Shown here one piece after another: positions 1 through 12,164 of a stretch of 26,774 nt of DNA. The stretch is from Octopus sinensis (Eukaryota). The translations under genes were made by a program, and so were the position numbers. The notes beneath the pieces are model-generated. The model was not told where the DNA came from and searched no databases. It was given only the letters and a program-made list of their open reading frames with translations. The DNA is taken from NCBI RefSeq assembly GCF_006345805.1, contig NW_021834767.1, positions 1 to 26,774 on the forward strand, in the 5' to 3' direction. The stretch's first letter is position 1. Each line of letters opens with the position of its first letter.

Positions 1-316
1 TGAATCTGAAAAGAAAACTCGCGTTTGCAGGATTCATGACATATATACATAATTAATATTATATAAGTATATTATAGTAATAACAATAATCCTAGGATGG
101 GAATTTATAAACATTTAATACATCGCTACACATCTTTTCCACAAGTCACATGACTTTAAGATCACAGTCTGTATTCTGTGGGACGATTAGTGTAGTCTAT
201 AGTATGACCATAGGCATCTGGTGATCATAATCATTGATTCATTTCTTCAGGTGTCATAGATTAGTGGATGAACCACAGACAGATATCTTCTCTTTTTACC
301 AGTATATTATGACAGA

Positions 317-317
317 C

Positions 318-367
<50 letters not shown>

Positions 368-390
368 CACATATATATATATATATATAT
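317..390. repeat. Compound (TA)n(CA)n(TA)n microsatellite
   Basis: Directly visible. Confidence 0.95.
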
Positions 391-937
391 TACACGGCGG
401 CTTGCTGGCCACATTTTCCCATTTTCTAAACGATATTTACTCAATTTTCTAAGCTATCTTTACAGCTTTCGTGCATTCGCACAAATTACATATATATATA
501 ATATATATAATATATACATTATAGACATATTACCATACCCACCTTACACACTAAACGAGAATACTTACATATACAAATATATGTATATATACACGTGGGT
601 GTGTGTATGCGTGTGTGTGTGTACTCAGGGTGATTAAAAAAGTCTCTTAGCATATTAAATGATAAATGAAAATGCTAAAACTGACTTGACAATCCAGTGC
701 CTACACACAAATTTATACATTGCTTCACAAACATACACTCACACCACACACAAGTGTGTCTATTTTTTATCTCATAAAAAAATACATTCTGTGCAATTCC
801 TTCTAATATCTCACTACAACTCACTGTGCTGGTGGGAGAGAATTTTTCCAATGAAGCTTTTCACTCGTGTGTGTGTATATATATATATATATTATATATA
901 TATATTAGATATATATTATATATATATATATTATATA

Positions 938-1280
938 GGTGCAGGCATTGGTATGTGGTAAGAAGCTTGCTTCCTAACCACAGAGCTCCGGGTACAGTTC
1001 CACTGTGTGACACATGTCCAAGCATTTTCTACTATATCCTTGAACTGACCAAAGCCTTGTGAGTGGATTAGGTAGACAGAAACTGAAAGAAGCCCATAGT
1101 GTGTGTGTGTGCATGTGTCCTTGTGTCTGTGTCTATCCCCTACCATCACAGGTGTTCGTATGTTTGCATCCCTGTAACTTAGTGGTTTGGCAAAAGCAAC
1201 CAAAAGAATAAGTACTAAGCATAAAATATAAGTCCTTAGGTCAATTTGTTCAACTAAAATCCTTTAATATGATGCCCCAT
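938..1280 (+). mobile_element. tRNA-derived SINE (family 1) with an internal (TG)n
   Basis: Degenerate pol III A/B-box-like head, and the core GACCAAAGCCTTGTGAGTGGAT(T/A)GGTAGACAGAAACTGAAAGAAGCCC shared with 4595-4643 and, inverted, 25600-25650. Confidence 0.8.
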
Positions 1281-1310
1281 ACATAGTATATTATATATAT
1301 ATATATATAA

Positions 1311-1700
1311 TTATTTGAGGGGATACAAATCCAAACTTACAGTGAAAAAATTCAATTTAGAAATACTAAATCAAAATTTCAACACAATATATATATATAT
1401 ACATAGAATATATATATATACACATATACATATAGAACATATATATATACATATAGAATATATATATATATATATATATTAGATATATATTTGGTGGACC
1501 CGCGTTGTACCATTGGCGATTTATTTTTTCCTCCGTCTTCCTTCTTTGGATTTCCTTTTCCTATGTTCCTGACGAAGAGCTCTGCTCGAAACGTTAAACC
1601 CTCCTTCTTCCTGAGCGTCCAAGAACACTATACTTGTTCCACGTCCTCACGTGTGGTGTTTCTTTGTGTTTTCATGTTTCATTTAACTGTACTTATATAT
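1311..1700 (+). mobile_element. Probable Penelope-derived non-autonomous element interrupted and flanked by TA microsatellite
   Basis: Carries the minimal HHR at 1565-1599. Its 5' block (1317-1388) recurs inverted at 17656-17717. No ORF. Confidence 0.5.
1565..1599 (+). ncRNA. Minimal type I hammerhead motif, probably weakened
   Basis: GTTC-CTGACGA-A-GAGC-TCT-GCTC-GAAAC-GTT-AAAC. Stem III is a loopless ACGT palindrome, and the first stem I pair is a C-A mismatch. Confidence 0.68.
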
Positions 1701-1934
1701 ATATATATATTATAGATATATATATATATATATAATTGAATAAGGGTAGAAATTGATAGTAATCAATTAACCAGTGGCCAAGCATATTAAAAAAAAATCC
1801 GAAGGATTAAAAACATATAGACGTCAAAATCGCTATTTTCCACGAAGAATGTGTTCTCTAGAAAAAACTGAGTAGAAAACCAAAGTGTAAAAAAAGCAAG
1901 ACAAATGAAAATATACGAAATCAAAAACGATTAC

Positions 1935-2009
1935 CTATGTACCGATCAGTTTCATTTGTTAATATTCACGTATATGCATACGCGAAAATCTGCAACATCA
2001 TCAGCATAA
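1935..2009 (-). ncRNA. Type I hammerhead ribozyme (Penelope-type)
   Basis: Minus strand: TTATG-CTGATGA-T-GTT..(internal 9-bp hairpin)..AAT-GAAAC-TGATCG-GTA-CATAG. Confidence 0.68.
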
Positions 2010-2227
2010 TCTGTCGTTTACAAACATAATTTCCAGAACTAGATACAAAAATGCTTGACCGGAGTCCCGCATGCATAGAGTTCAACAAATTATATTTATG
2101 TGTATCTTTCAAATGCCTTCACTAAATTTTATTTATATATATATATATAATATATATATGTATATATATACATATAAATATATATATATATGTATATTCA
2201 TACATATAAATATATATATATACACAT

Positions 2228-2262
<35 letters not shown>

Positions 2263-2295
2263 CAAATGAAATAACAAACAGAACACAAAGGATGT

Positions 2296-2389
2296 CGTGG
2301 TACACGTGTTTCAAGCTTTATAAAACAACTTATTCTTACATCAATGTATAATCAATATAACAGATGGTTTAAAGCTCTCTTCAGCCGCA
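2296..2389 (-). ncRNA. Type I hammerhead ribozyme (Penelope-type) with a long loop II
   Basis: Minus strand: TGCGG-CTGAAGA-GAGCTTTA-(49 nt)-TAAAGCTT-GAAAC-ACGT-GTA-CCACG. Confidence 0.8.
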
Positions 2390-2507
2390 TGCAATTGCTA
2401 TACCAAAGACCTGTATCACATTATGAAAAGTCCAAAAAGGAACATTTGGTATTATCTATAATGGTAGGTATATTGAGTTTCACTGAGAAAGTATGTTTGT
2501 AAACCTT

Positions 2508-3607
2508 CAAAGGAAGGCTAACTGGGAAGTTTTTGTATGTGACAGATGCTCGGGAGCAATAAACACTGAAAATGCACAGAGAACAACTTCCGCCACATTC
2601 CACAGAGAAAAACTAGAAATTGTTGATAGTTTCTGTTACCTAGGTGACCAAGTCAGTAGCGGGGGAGGTGCGCTAAAAGTGTAGCTGCTAGAATAAGAAT
2701 AGCTTGGGCAAATTTCAGAGAGCTCTTACCTCTGCTGGTGACAAAGGGCCTCTCGCTCATAGTAAAAGGTAGACTGTATGACACATGTGTACAAACAGCC
2801 ATGCTACATGGCAGTGAAACATGGGCCGTGACTACTGAGGACATGCGTAAGCTTGCAAGGAATGGAGCCAGCATGCTCCGATGGATGTGTAATGTCAGTG
2901 TGCATACTCGACAGAGGGTAAGTACCTCGAGAGGAAAGTTGGACCTAAGAAGCATCAGATGTAGTGTGCAAGAGAGACGACTGTGCTGGTATGGTCATGT
3001 GGTGAGAATGGATGAAGATAGCTGTGTGAAAAAGTGCCACACCCTAGCGGTTGAGGGAACCTGTGGAAGAGGTAGACCCAGGAAGACCTGGGATGAAGTG
3101 GTGAAGCACGACCTTCGAACTTTAGGCCTCACCAAGGAAATGACTAGTGACTGAGACCTTTGGAAATATGCTGTTCTTGAGAAGACTTGGCAAGCCAAAT
3201 GAGACCATAACCTGTGGCCTATGCCAGGAGCGTAACCAGCCCACTTATTCGTACCTTTTCCTTCTTTGGACACTAAATTCTGCTTGCGAAGACCTGTTGA
3301 GGCAAGTGAAATCGATGGTGTCTTTTACGTGCCACCGGCACGGAGGCCAGATAGCCGCTCTAGCAATGATCACACTTGGATGGTGCTCTTAATACCCTAC
3401 TAGCACGGGGCTTGAATGTCAGTAAGGCAACGCTGGTAACGATCATGCTCGAATGGTGCCTTTAAGTGCCACTGGCACTGAAGCCAGTTAGCTGCTCTGT
3501 CAATGATCACACTCGTATGGTGCTCTTTGCACCCTGCTAGCACAAACGCCAGTCATCGAATTTGATTTTGATTTTACTTGCCTCAACAGGTCTTCACAAG
3601 CAGAGTT
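2508..3607 (+). mobile_element. 5'-truncated RTE LINE copy with an inverted 3' UTR segment (about 3321-3607)
   Basis: ORF 2738-3154 (LYDTCVQTAMLHGSETW...GRGRPRKTWDEVVKHDL) is close to 14600-15030. Sequence 3558-3607 is the reverse complement of the UTR start seen at 3284-3320 and 15150-15200. Confidence 0.88.
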
Positions 3608-3651
3608 ATATATATATATATATCATATATGCATAATATATGTATATGTAT

Positions 3652-3716
<65 letters not shown>

Positions 3717-3750
3717 CATATATAATATACATATATAGAGAGAGAGACAC
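3607..3750. repeat. (TA)n-rich microsatellite ending in (GA)n
   Basis: Directly visible. Confidence 0.95.
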
Positions 3751-3879
3751 ACATGCACTGTACATAATGATCTCACTCAAGTTCATTTACCCAGTTCACA
3801 AATGCATATCTACGTATGCAGATTTACAAGATCATATATACACTTCCATGCATAGAAACACCATATATTTCTCCTTCAT

Positions 3880-4180
3880 TTTAATGGTAATTATGATTGT
3901 GATGAAAGCAATTGTGGTAATGGTGTTAGTTATGATGGTACTAGTTGTGGTGTTGGTAGTTGTGATGTTGATGAGTTTCATGAAAGGGCCTGTGACAGTG
4001 GTGGATGTGATGGTGACAGGAGTTGGGATGGTGTTTGTGACAATGATGATGGTGGTGATAATGACAGTAATGGCGTTGTTGTTGGTTGCGATGCTGGTGG
4101 TGGTGATGAGGGAAGTGGTAGTTTTACTGTACAGTTGTTCCCCACAATACGGTGATGGTGGTGGTGATGTGTTTTTGTAC
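3880..4180. repeat. Cryptic (GTG/GAT)-type trinucleotide low-complexity tract
   Basis: Degenerate GGT/GAT triplets. This tract explains the V/M-rich spurious ORF 3578-4183. Confidence 0.75.
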
Positions 4181-4535
4181 TGATGTCAGCCAAATTCCTC
4201 TCTATATGTCTTACTTCAGCCAACTCCAGTCTCAAAAATTTGCTGATGTTGAACCAACAGTGTTGTCAAGGTTTCAGGTTTTGCTAATGACAGCTAATTT
4301 CACTGTCCCTTCTCTTTCTCTGTCTTTCTCTCTCTCTTCCTGCCTTCTATTACGCACACACACCTACACACACATCTAAGCAGGCACATAATTCTATGCT
4401 CACAAGTACTGTCAGACACATAGGTACACACACACGCGTATATATTTTGTAAAACACATTATACATTATTGCATGTATATTTATCTATATTTGTGTGTAC
4501 ATATAGAAATTAGATGCACACACATTGTCATATGG

Positions 4536-4882
4536 CACATGGTTCTGGGTTTTGTAGTACCTTGGGCAAGTGTCTTCTTCTATAGCCTTGGGTCCACCAA
4601 AGCCTTGTGAGTGGATTTGGTAGACAGAAACTGAAAGAAGCCCATCGTGTGTGTGTATATATATATATATATATTATATATATTTGTGTGTTTGTGATTG
4701 TCACCCCACCATTGCTTGACAACCGATCATGGTGTATTACGTCCCCGTAACTTGGCGTTTGGCAAAAGAGACTGATAGAATAAGTACTAGGCTTACAAAG
4801 AAAAAGTTCTGAGGTTGATTTGTTCAACTAAAGGCGATGCTCCAGTATGGCTATAGTTAAATGACTGAAACAAGTAAAAAGA
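4536..4882 (+). mobile_element. SINE family 1 copy
   Basis: Same core, and the 3' end ATGACTGAAACAAGTAAAAAGA. Confidence 0.82.
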
Positions 4883-5229
4883 ATATACACAGGTTTGTGT
4901 CACTCCTGTAACTTTCTGCACCTAAGTGTTATTGACATGTAACTTAGATACTGCACAATAAATCTCCATTGATTACATATACAGGAACTTATAACTCATT
5001 CTCCAATGGAACCATACCAATCTATGAAACACAGAATCCCTTGACTTTGCAAAATAAAATTATCTTATACCCAGTAGACAATTAGAACCCCCAAGGTCAC
5101 TACAAAGGCTACACCTCACCATCACTAAAGAACCCATCTTGTACATAGTAAGCAAAAACTGACCTCTTTCTTCAGCATCAGGGGAAAAAATACTCCAGAC
5201 TTCATCAACTGCATGCTTTTGACAAAGCT

Positions 5230-5630
5230 CAACTGAGATGCAAAATGGAGCATAGCTCCCACATCAGAGGCACACAAACATACCCTAGACTGTAGCCAAA
5301 GACCACTCTACTGATTTGAATTAAGCTGCTCACAAATGTTCTGTATCTTCTACTGCCGCTACTGAAATAGACTCTACTCTGAAGAATTAGCTGATCTGAT
5401 ATCGTTTTCACTCTGATATTGCTGACTGACACATCTCTCTTTTTCTTCTTAGCCATGTTGTGTCCCAACCACCTTCTGTTAAGCCCTGCATTAACTATTA
5501 CACCCAGTCCTTCCTTTCTAGAATTTCTACTCTCTGGAATTCCCTTAGTACAAATTTTTCTTGCAGCCATCGACTTAGACCAGTTCAAGCAGTCCATTAA
5601 CCACTATAATTTCATCAGTCTCAGAGGAAA
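5230..5630 (+). mobile_element. Decayed L2/CR1-group LINE 3' fragment
   Basis: Piecewise translation gives FYCRY*NRLYSEELADLI and LWNSL...FLAAIDLDQFKQSINH, resembling the FYRYY.G.CS.EL..L and WNSLP..F....DL..FK..VN C-terminal motifs. Confidence 0.55.
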
Positions 5631-6689
5631 GGAGAAAAACCACCTACATAAGCCCTTCTTTTAGATTAAGCTAAGGAAACCAATAAAACTCAGTGTTGAT
5701 AGTGATGGTAGTAGTTGTGAGTATTGTGGTATTGTGGTTATGGTACAGGGAGGTTAATGCTGAATTATAATGTGTACAAAAACTAAATTAGTAAGTTGAT
5801 ATTGAATACATAGAGAGGTGGGAGGTGTGTAAATTGGGTGTGTTAAAGTGAGAGGGTGAAGGGAATGATGTGAGGTTAGAAAATATATTCTATCAAAGAA
5901 AGGGAGTTGAAAAAAACAAGCTGAAGTCGGAGGTGGAGACAGTTTATTGATCAGAAATCAGTATAGTGATAAATCTACTGATACTACTGCTCTCTACAAT
6001 TACACTATCACTGCAACTATAATAGCACTCCACTGATACCACCACTACTACTATCTTAATGCTACTATCACACAGCTGGGTACATAACTACTATTTCTAT
6101 ATATATATCTGTACATGTGTGTATATACCACCCCTTTTTGTATGAAGCTGGTCTTAATTGCCATTTGGTAATTATGAATGAGGGCCTCTTTATTTGAAAA
6201 ACAGGTAGGGTTAGCATCAGGAAGGGTATATGGTTGAAAAACAATACTTCATTAATATATATTCATTTTACCCATAATAGCATGAAGAAATAAAGGAATA
6301 AATATTTAGGTGTGTGTGTGTGTTAATGCATGTACTATTATACAATTAAACCAATTCTTACTACTTGCTATAGTCCTGCCTCTAAGCAATTTATCCCTCT
6401 GTGGACAGAAGTTGTTTTCTTTCCCTGGTGAAAGTTTAAGACTAGAAGCTAGTCTAAGTGGTACTTTTTCTGTCCCCAAAGAGATAAAAACCTCTGTAAC
6501 CACTTTATTTTGTATAATGAGGCCAAGATTGTACATCTATTGAAACAGTGTATCTATATTATGTAGGTATAGTAATCTTTGGGTGTCCTTTTATGGATGC
6601 TGGTAGGAGAGAGGAAGCTTACATCTTACAGCTGACTTCCATTGCTGAAGTAAATTTTGCAGCAGTTGATAATTTATTATCATCATATT

Positions 6690-6790
6690 CATCATCATTT
6701 TAGGTCTGTTGTCCATGCTAACATGGGTTGGATGGTTTGACCAGGACTGGAAAGCTGCACCTGACTCCAGTCTGATTATCACAACACTTC
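6690..6790 (-). mobile_element. Short 3'-end fragment of the RTE family
   Basis: (CAT)n followed by CCATGCTAACATGGGTTGGATGGTTTGACC matches 21080-21140. Confidence 0.75.
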
Positions 6791-7559
6791 AAATCCTATC
6801 TTCACCTCTGCTAAAACCTTTTGATGTAATGCTGGGAAATATTTTAAGGCCTTATCTTTATTCTGCCTGTCATACTACTCTCATTCTGCTATCATTTTTA
6901 CACACACTCACTCACTCACACACACACACACACACACACACACCTGCACACACATGCACATGCATACATACTTGGTAACCCTCAAATGGTGTATGTGGTG
7001 GTGGGGAGGGCATTTAATTTCAAACATTTTAAGAAACTTTGAGTATTAACTCAACACAAAAATTACTGCTAGCTCAGCAGTAAATAAGGGAGCCACTAAG
7101 AACTGATTTTAGTTTGGCGACCACTTGTACTGTCATAACTATCACCACCATCATTACCACAACTGTTGAGATATTGTTGCTATGACTGATATTAATGTCA
7201 CCACTGCTCCCATCAGTGTTAGTTGGCAGCTTTATAAAATTGTTTTCAGCAACAGCAGCAGTAGTAATTCTATGCTGTTTAAGTTAGCTAGGTTTGCAGT
7301 ACAACTTATCACCACTTCTTTCCATCCTGTCTCATCACATCTGTGAATGCCAGCATCCAAAGATCTAACCACATAATTTCTTCCCATATTTTTCTTCCTT
7401 CTCCAGCCATACCTCTTCTAGTGAAGGATGTTCATATGCATTCATGCATGTTGATGTAGCTGAGATGTTGCTATAATTGCCATATCACTGGTGATCTGTC
7501 ATTGTCAGCTAGGTGTTCAAGGTCCCATTTCCCACCACTATGGAACTAAATACAAAACC

Positions 7560-7750
7560 AGAATGCAAAAATCTGGACCTCACACTCTCAGTCCCTCAGA
7601 TCCACCACCCTGGTATATTATTTATCCACCCTGAATTGATCAAAAGCAAAGTTGACTCCAGTGTATTTGTAACAGGGCATAGACAGTTCGAATAAACTCT
7701 GTAATACTTTCTGTCCAATGCTCCAAAAATTCTGCCAGTTCGCAAACTAT
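7560..7750 (-). mobile_element. Degenerate SINE family 2 copy
   Basis: The minus strand reads GAACTGGCAGAATT...GAGTCAACTTTGCTTTTGATC..GGGTGGATAAATAA. Confidence 0.55.
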
Positions 7751-9479
7751 ACTGTCAACACGACACATTTTAACAAAAGTCAACTGTTGCATATAATGTG
7801 TATATATGTAAATGTGTATAAACAATTTTGCATATCTGTAGTGTCAATATTACACATATACATGCGCATGTGTGTATGTGTAGAAGGAAGAGAGAGAGAG
7901 AGAGAGAGAGATACTGGGTAACTCACCTGCCTCTAATGAACTATTAAGTAGTCTAGTCATGCTCACACATACCCATTAAGAAGCATATACACAAATACAT
8001 ATACGCATGCACTATCTAGACAGGGAGAATTCTGTGTAGAGCTTACACACACACACACACACACACATATCCAAGCAGGCACATAATTCTATGCTCACAA
8101 GTACTGCCACACACACACGCATGCACACACACACACACACACACACTCACACACGTGTGTATACATACATGTGTTTACATATGACCACACACACATGCAC
8201 GCATATTGTCTAGCTGGGCAAAATTGTGTGTGTGCATGCGCACATGCTGACTAGGCAGAGAAATACTTAAGACTAAGCCTGGCAGCAGCTTAAAAATGAA
8301 GGGATGGGGTATGGTGGGCAGGTTGTGTGAAAGGGGAAAGTAGAATTATGGTGGAAGTGTTGGTGTATGGGAGTGTGTGTGTGTGTGTGTGGAGAGAAAA
8401 AGAGAGAGTTGTCACCACACCCATCAGGATTTCCCTGAATTGGCACCTTTTTCCTTGCCTTCCTTCCTATTCTCATCTCATCTTTCCTAAATTAATTCTT
8501 TTTATTCCCACTCCTCCACTAACACAGGCATGCACTCACACATTCCCATACATACATAATGTATATTATATATGTATGGGTATGTGTGTGCGTTTATATC
8601 CGTATTTTTAAAACATATACACATTCTTTCAGATATATAGATATGCGTGAATATGTGTGTTTCAGCTCAGAGTTTGCTTAAATTTTTAATCTTTTCCTCA
8701 TTACTTTACACAACGTGTCTTAACGTCATCACCAAGTCAAAAGATGTCCTGCACACATACATACATACATACATGTGTGTGTGTGTATTGTTTCGTTTGG
8801 TATCTCCCCACTACCACCACCACCACCAGAATTTGTCTTTACTATTCAGTCTACAAACCATTTTTTTCTGTTATTGTTCTTGTCCCAAATTTTTATGTCC
8901 TTATTTGTTTGTAATGTCCACTCATTTATAATCCAACAACTCAACATTGCTTGCACTGCCAAATTGAACAATATTGTTGCTAGTTGTCAAAATAGTGATG
9001 ATATTTGGTTGACAGTTGATGGAGAGTAGAGTGTGTTTATATTCATCTGTTGTTTTATTGTAAATTTTTTGTCATCCTTCTGTTATCTTTTACATCATAT
9101 GTCTGCTTCTTGCAGAGCTTGACCTTTTCTTGTATCTATAATTGCTCTTTCCCTAGCATGAGATCTTAAATGACTTTTAAGCCCTGAAAGGCATTTGAGA
9201 AGCTGATCATAAATTCTGCTGCAATGTTTCATTTCAGTATTGGCTCCTTTCTCTGTTTATTATGAATTTTCAAGTGCCCTTGAGATTTTTTGACAAACTT
9301 GGCAATGAAACTGATCATCCGAAATGAAATTTAATAGTTCATGTGTGCCTTACCTGCATGGGTATGCTGGTGTAATCTCATACTAGTGTGAGATGCATAC
9401 TTTTGTATATAAGAAGCATTTAAAGAGAATGAAAAACACTTGCAATACTATTGATATAATTTCCTTTTTATAAACTTTT

Positions 9480-9900
9480 CTCTTCATTTCAGCATGCTTA
9501 ACTCTGTCAAGCACAAAATCTTTAACACCTCACCAAATTGTAGCACTTCATACTTCTTTTTCTGCTGCAAGTGACTTAAGACTTTGGTGACATAATTAAG
9601 ACATTTCAAATTTGATTTTAAAGAGTCTTTATATCTTTTATTCAGCTTGCTATTTTTTCTCTTTCCTAACATAAGCTCACCGTAAAGTATTTGCTTGGGA
9701 ATATGCTCGTCATCCATACAGATGAGCTGGACTGGCCATCATAGTTGCTTCCTAATAAGTGTGTGACCTTAACTTCAGCAAGAACCTTAGTGTCGGGAAT
9801 GAATTAGGACCAACTTATTCTGAAAATGTGGTGGAGGCATTCCTGGTGAAATCGGCTCTCATTAAAACAATTTTGATAATACATTTTATTGCATAAAGAG
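9480..9900 (-). mobile_element. Old RTE/BovB-like LINE C-terminal remnant
   Basis: ORF 9484-9717 MDDEHIPKQILYGELMLGKR...KRYKDSLKSNLK matches the RTE C-terminal motif R.PKQ.LYGEL..G.R...K.RYKD.LK. Boundaries are approximate. Confidence 0.7.
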
Positions 9901-10472
9901 GACTGTTTAGGAGTCACAGTCACTGGTATTTTTCTTATGACACCATCTCTTAGGGGTTACAAACCAAGGCTACAGAGATTCTCTTGTGGTAAACCTAACC
10001 CTACAAAAAGTGACTTTCAATACTAATAAAATGCTATTTGAATGTCTCTCAACTCTTCTACATTCATCTACCCTTTGACAGATTTTGTTTTCCATTCTGC
10101 AGGGTAGCCAAGTGAGTGTGCTCTTTGGGGATGCTGGTTTAGTTGATGACGGTTGGATTTTCATGGTTGTTTTCCTGATATCTTCAATTACATCATTGTG
10201 TCTTCTTGCCTCCTCTCTTAGTGGTGATGAAGAACTGAGTATACCAGACTGGGAGTAATGAAATGCAAGAGTGAGTCAAAGTAAAAAACAAAAATGGAGG
10301 GTTTAATAGTGCAAACTGACTGATGTAAGAGAAATGATGGAGGGTTTGATGAAGGAAGCCTGTTACTTTAGCAAAATAGCTCAAAAGAGAGAAATAGGTA
10401 AAAGAACCAAATAACTACATCATCATCATCCACATTAGAAGTAACTATGTGGAGAGAATTAAAAAAATTATC

Positions 10473-10512
<40 letters not shown>

Positions 10513-11156
10513 GCATGCCAGGCAAAATGCTCAGTGGCATTTTGCCTGTCTTTACATTCTGAGCTCACGTTTCACTGAAGCTGACTTTGCCTTTCATACT
10601 TTCTGAGTCAATAAAATAAGTACCTACTGAGCACTGGGTTGAATCAAATCAATTTACCCTCTCCCCCAAAATTGCCCGCTTTCTACCAAAATTTGAAGCC
10701 ATTATTATTATTATTATTATTATTATGACAAGCTGACAGAATTGTTAGCACACTAAGCAAAATGCTTAGTGGCATTTTGTCCATTCTTATATTCTGAGTT
10801 CAATTCTGCTGAGGTTGACTTTACCTTTCATCCTTTTGAGGTCGATTAAATAAGTGCCAGTGGAGCACTGGGATCAATGTAATTGACTAGCCCCCTCCCC
10901 CAAATTTCAGGCATTGTGCCTATAATAAAAGGGATTATTATTATTATTAAGGCAATGAGCTGACAGAATTGATAGTACACTGAGAAAAAGGCTTACATTC
11001 TGAGTTCAAATTCTGCTGAGGTTGACTCTGCCTTTCATCCTTTTTGAGGTTGAAAAAGTAAGTACCAGTAGAACACTGGTGTCAATGTAATGACTAACCA
11101 CCCTCCCCGAATTGCTGGCCTCGTGCAAAAATTTGAAACCTTTATTATTATTATTG

Positions 11157-11485
11157 CTTATATACCTCAACAGATTAGACTGCTGGAAAAGAAAAGAATC
11201 CTAACATTGGGCTACAGCAAGTAACCTTAGATGCCAAGAGCCTTCTTAAGTATCCTAGTTGTCCCTAATAACACTGTTTTCTGCAGCTGCACTACACTGG
11301 GTTTTATGCCTATTTCCTCTATCCATTTGTTCAAATGTTTAGGGATAGTTCCCAATGCACCTACAATTACTGGGATACATTTTACCTGCACTTTCCATAG
11401 TCTCTGTAATTCAATAGCTAGGTCCAGGAACTTTGCTATTTTTGCTATACTTCTCATGTTAATTTTTTCATCATTTTGGACGGTA
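11157..11485 (-). mobile_element. Dong/R4-like non-LTR retrotransposon 3' fragment (end of the restriction-like endonuclease region) inserted in (TAA)n
   Basis: ORF 11227-11502: KIAKFLDLAIELQRLWKVQVKCIPVIVGALGTIPKHL...QKTVLLGTTRILKKAL, the typical R4/Dong C-terminus. It is flanked on both sides by (TAT/TAA)n, the known target of Dong elements. Confidence 0.8.
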
Positions 11486-11529
11486 ATTATTATTATTATC
11501 ATTAATCATTATTATTTTTATTATTATTA

Positions 11530-11569
<40 letters not shown>

Positions 11570-11780
11570 GGTGGCAAGCTGGTAGAATTGTTAGCATGCT
11601 GGACAAAATGCATTTCACCCGTCGCTATGTTCTGAGTTCAAATTCCACCAAGGTCGACTTTACTTTTCATCCTTTCAGGGTTGATAGATTAAGTACCAGT
11701 TGAGTACTGGGGTCGATGTAATCAACTATCCTCTTTCCACAAATTTCAGGGTTATTATTATTATTATCATTATTATTATT

Positions 11781-12090
11781 GAGTGAGAGAGCAGTGCATG
11801 CCATCAAAGTGACACTGGGGTAAAACATACGAAGCCCAGTATAACCATCATGACTACCTGTCTGATAAGGGTACACCAGGCACATGCATCACAACCATAT
11901 GTGCGCGACATGGTGATCTCATATCAAGATAAACAGTGCATGACCTTGCAGGTGGGGCCCAGTTAGAATTTTCTTCTGGTCGAGTAGCCCATCTGCTCAA
12001 AAGGTCCTTGAATAAGGATTTTTTAAGGATGTTGAATGAACCACCCATGTTTCCAAAGGTGAATTATCCAAATCTCCAAGAATTCCTTTC
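11781..12090. repeat. Unclassified element embedded between (TTA)n tracts
   Basis: A complex 310-bp block with sharp borders to (ATT)n on both sides. It resembles an abundant octopus repeat by recall only. Confidence 0.45.
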
Positions 12091-12091
12091 A

Positions 12092-12118
12092 ATTATTATT
12101 ATCATTATTATTATTATA

Positions 12119-12163
<45 letters not shown>
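12092..12163. repeat. (ATT)n microsatellite
   Basis: Directly visible. Confidence 0.95.

Positions 12164-12164
<1 letters not shown>

Noticed and set aside
445-490. Minus-strand CGAAAGCTGTA resembling a Penelope hammerhead 3' half
   Set aside because: No CUGANGA partner nearby, and stem III does not pair.
3578-4183. 201-aa ORF
   Set aside because: It is built from (TA)n and GTG/GAT repeats, giving IY and V/M runs with no domain.
6420-6555. Hammerhead from CTGGTGA...GAAACAGTGTA
   Set aside because: The core is mutated at A6, and no stem I or stem II complementarity was found.
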